Below, piece after piece: positions 34,743 to 36,422 of a DNA stretch of 36,422 bases. A model generated the notes under the pieces. It was not told the origin of the DNA, ran no database searches, and saw nothing but the letters and a program-made list of their open reading frames with translations. The DNA lies in NCBI GenBank assembly GCA_050694895.1, contig JBOGSE010000219.1:1-36422 (forward strand). Direction: 5' to 3'. Position 1 is the first letter of the stretch, and the number at the start of each line of letters is the position of its first letter. Origin of the DNA: a bacterium (lineage in GTDB: Bacteria > Sysuimicrobiota > Sysuimicrobiia > Sysuimicrobiales > Humicultoraceae). Made by a program: the position numbers and the translations under genes.

Positions 34743-35588
34743 CTAAATCACGTCTGCGAAATTGCGCTCGGCCCGCTTGAACACCGTGTAGCATGCAAGA
34801 AAGAGCCCAACCATGCTGATCCCCAGGGCGCCCACCAGCCCCACATCGGGCAGCGTCCCCTTCAAGACGACGTCGCGATAGCCCTGGATCAGGATCGCCA
34901 TGGGATTCAGCCCCAGATAGAAGGGCCGCAACCACTCCGGCACGCTGGTGGAAGAGTAGACGACGGGGGTTGCGAACATCCAGACCTGGAGGAGAAGGGG
35001 GACGACGTACCGGACGTCCCGATAGTAAACCTGAAACGCCGCAAAGACGAGCCCCACGCTGGCCATGAACAGCACCTGGATCGCGAGGAGCGGAACCACG
35101 AAGAGCACGGTCCATGACACCGCCACGCCGTAGTAGAGGAGCAGCCCGGCAAACACCGCCGCGGAGATTAGGAAATCGACGCCCTGCCCAAGGATCGAGG
35201 CCCACGGAAGGATCTCCCTGGGAAAGGCGATCTTGCTGACGAGTTCATTGTTGACCGCGATGCTTGCCGTCGACGTCGTGATGACCGACGAGAAAAACGT
35301 CCATGGCAATAGACCCGCATAGACGAACACAGGATAGGGAAGTCCGTCGCTGGGGATCTTGGCGAATCGGCCCAGAAAGACACTGAAGACTCCCATCAGC
35401 AGCACCGGCGGCAGTACGGCCCACAGCACCCAAAGGATCGTCTGTCTGTATCGCAGTTTCAGGTCACGCTGAGAGAGGACGAACAAAAACTCCCTGTAGG
35501 CGATCACGCGCCGGAGCTGCTCGATAATCCTGGGCCGGTACTCACTCGAATATACGACCGTTGCCCGCGCGACCGCCAACACCCTCAC
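34743..35588 (-). CDS. wzm: ABC-2 type polysaccharide exporter permease (Wzm/TagG type)
   Basis: 281 aa, GTG start. About six hydrophobic segments. LSQRDLKLRYRQTILWVLWAVLPP is the typical ABC-2 N-terminal region. Lies directly upstream of wzt. Confidence 0.85.
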   Translation of the reverse strand: MRVLAVARATVVYSSEYRPRIIEQLRRVIAYREFLFVLSQRDLKLRYRQTILWVLWAVLPPVLLMGVFSVFLGRFAKIPSDGLPYPVFVYAGLLPWTFFSSVITTSTASIAVNNELVSKIAFPREILPWASILGQGVDFLISAAVFAGLLLYYGVAVSWTVLFVVPLLAIQVLFMASVGLVFAAFQVYYRDVRYVVPLLLQVWMFATPVVYSSTSVPEWLRPFYLGLNPMAILIQGYRDVVLKGTLPDVGLVGALGISMVGLFLACYTVFKRAERNFADVI

Positions 35589-35695
35589 CCCTCAATCGAC
35601 CTCAGGTCTTCGCCTTTCGGACCCGGCGCGCCCGTGTACCAAGCTGTACGCAATTGTCCGTCGGGAGGACGACGCCGACCAGAGGCATCGACTCG

Positions 35696-36422
35696 TTACA
35701 GGCGAACGATCTTATCCTGCCCCTCAGTGACGCCGCGTGTGGCGTTGCGGGTGTCGAGCACGAGCCTGGCGTGCCGGACGATCCAACGGAAGTCAAAGCA
35801 CGAATGGTCGGCCACGATTAATGCGCAATCAGCGGCGCGCAGCGCAGCCGGCGTCAGCGGCCGGCTCCGAAACACGCGGCCATCGATCGAAAGTTTTGGG
35901 ATGTAGGGGTCATGATAGGAAACCTTCGCGCCATGTTGGATCAGCAATTCCATGATCTTGAGCGCCGGCGATCCTCGCGAGTCGTCCACGTCGCGCTTGA
36001 ACGTCACCCCCACCAGCATCACCCGAACCGCCGGGTGACTGTTCCGCTTTCCGTTCAGGGCCAGCAGCGTCTTGGTGACGACGTGATACGGCATCTCCTC
36101 GTTGACCCGAGCCGCCAGCTCGATGAAGTCCATGTGGAAATCGTACTCGCGCGCCTTCCAGGCCAGATAGTAAGGATCGACTGGAATGCAGTGGCCGCCG
36201 ACCCCCGGGCCCGGGTGGAACCGCAGGAAGCCGTAGGGCTTGGTGGCCGCCGCCTCCACGATCTCCCAAATGTCCAGCCCCATGCGGTCGCATAGCATGG
36301 CGAGCTGGTTGACCAGGGCGATGTTGACGTTACGAAAGACATTCTCCAGCAGCTTCGCCATCTCGGCTGCGGCGGGAGACGACACCGGCATCACGGCTGG
36401 CCCCAATTGCTCAAACACCCGA
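35696..36422 (-). CDS. UDP-glucose/GDP-mannose dehydrogenase family nucleotide-sugar 6-dehydrogenase (UDP-HexNAc dehydrogenase-like), 3' part only; the N-terminus lies beyond the right edge
   Basis: The frame is open to the window edge. AAEMAKLLENVFRNVNIALVNQLAMLCDRMGLD and the catalytic-Cys motif HPGPGVGGHCIPVDPYYL, with the C-terminal UDP-binding domain VGVTFKRDVDDSRGSPA. Confidence 0.85.
   Translation of the reverse strand, partial: RVFEQLGPAVMPVSSPAAAEMAKLLENVFRNVNIALVNQLAMLCDRMGLDIWEIVEAAATKPYGFLRFHPGPGVGGHCIPVDPYYLAWKAREYDFHMDFIELAARVNEEMPYHVVTKTLLALNGKRNSHPAVRVMLVGVTFKRDVDDSRGSPALKIMELLIQHGAKVSYHDPYIPKLSIDGRVFRSRPLTPAALRAADCALIVADHSCFDFRWIVRHARLVLDTRNATRGVTEGQDKIVRL

Noticed and set aside
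34675-35205. 176-aa minus-strand ORF overlapping the 3' half of wzm in another frame.
   Set aside because: It overlaps the well-supported ABC-2 permease frame. Its translation is Arg/Gly/Pro-rich with no motif. It is a frame-shadow ORF.
35589-35695. The largest intergenic gap (107 nt, between the dehydrogenase gene and wzm) considered as a terminator plus internal promoter. The same was considered for 34666..34742 (77 nt, between wzm and wzt).
   Set aside because: Only a weak 5-bp stem (GTCGG...CCGAC) with a 10-nt loop and no U-tract. I could not recognise a -35/-10 pair with confidence in this GC-rich context. There is not enough evidence to annotate a regulatory feature.
1-36422. Scan for CRISPR arrays, tRNA/rRNA/other structured RNA genes, IS elements and prophage or defence-system genes.
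   Set aside because: No spaced direct repeats and no non-coding stretch longer than 107 nt that could hold an RNA gene. No protein resembles a nuclease, helicase, methylase-restriction, toxin-antitoxin or phage function. Every gap is accounted for by the glycan/acyl gene array.

Overview
GC-rich (about two-thirds G+C by eye, not computed) bacterial chromosomal segment that reads as one uninterrupted minus-strand gene array. I call 36 CDS, two of them cut by the window edges. I found no convincing plus-strand gene and no rRNA/tRNA, CRISPR array, transposase or integrase. The largest intergenic gap is 107 nt, and 18 of 35 junctions are stop/start overlaps, 13 of them 1-4 nt (ATGA, GTGA, TGATG), so it looks like a translationally coupled super-operon. 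The content is an ABC-transporter-dependent (Wzm/Wzt) surface-glycan locus. It holds a UDP-sugar dehydrogenase, 8 glycosyltransferase genes (one a GT4-GT4 fusion), a PglC-like phosphoglycosyl transferase with PglF/PglE-like partners, two CE4 deacetylases, two GNATs, a polytopic membrane protein, and an RmlA/RmlB/RmlC plus FdtA/FdtB-like dTDP-3-amino-3,6-dideoxyhexose module. The unusual part is 9243..24519, where ten genes have no place in textbook glycan assembly and are wrapped around the amino-sugar genes. They are two diverged paralogues of a PaaK/CapK-like adenylate-forming enzyme; two family-III CoA-transferases (one with Asn at the catalytic Asp position); two MaoC hot-dog proteins with complementary defects in the hydratase-2 motif; a thiolase-fold protein lacking the nucleophilic Cys plus a DUF35 partner (an Ltp2/ChsH-like hydratase-aldolase arrangement); an apparently intact extradiol ring-cleavage dioxygenase; and a SAM methyltransferase. 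I read this as a candidate pathway for a novel acyl or organic-acid decoration of the glycan. That is inference from gene content and coupling, not demonstrated. All family calls rest on motifs recognised by eye in the supplied translations; no database search was possible.
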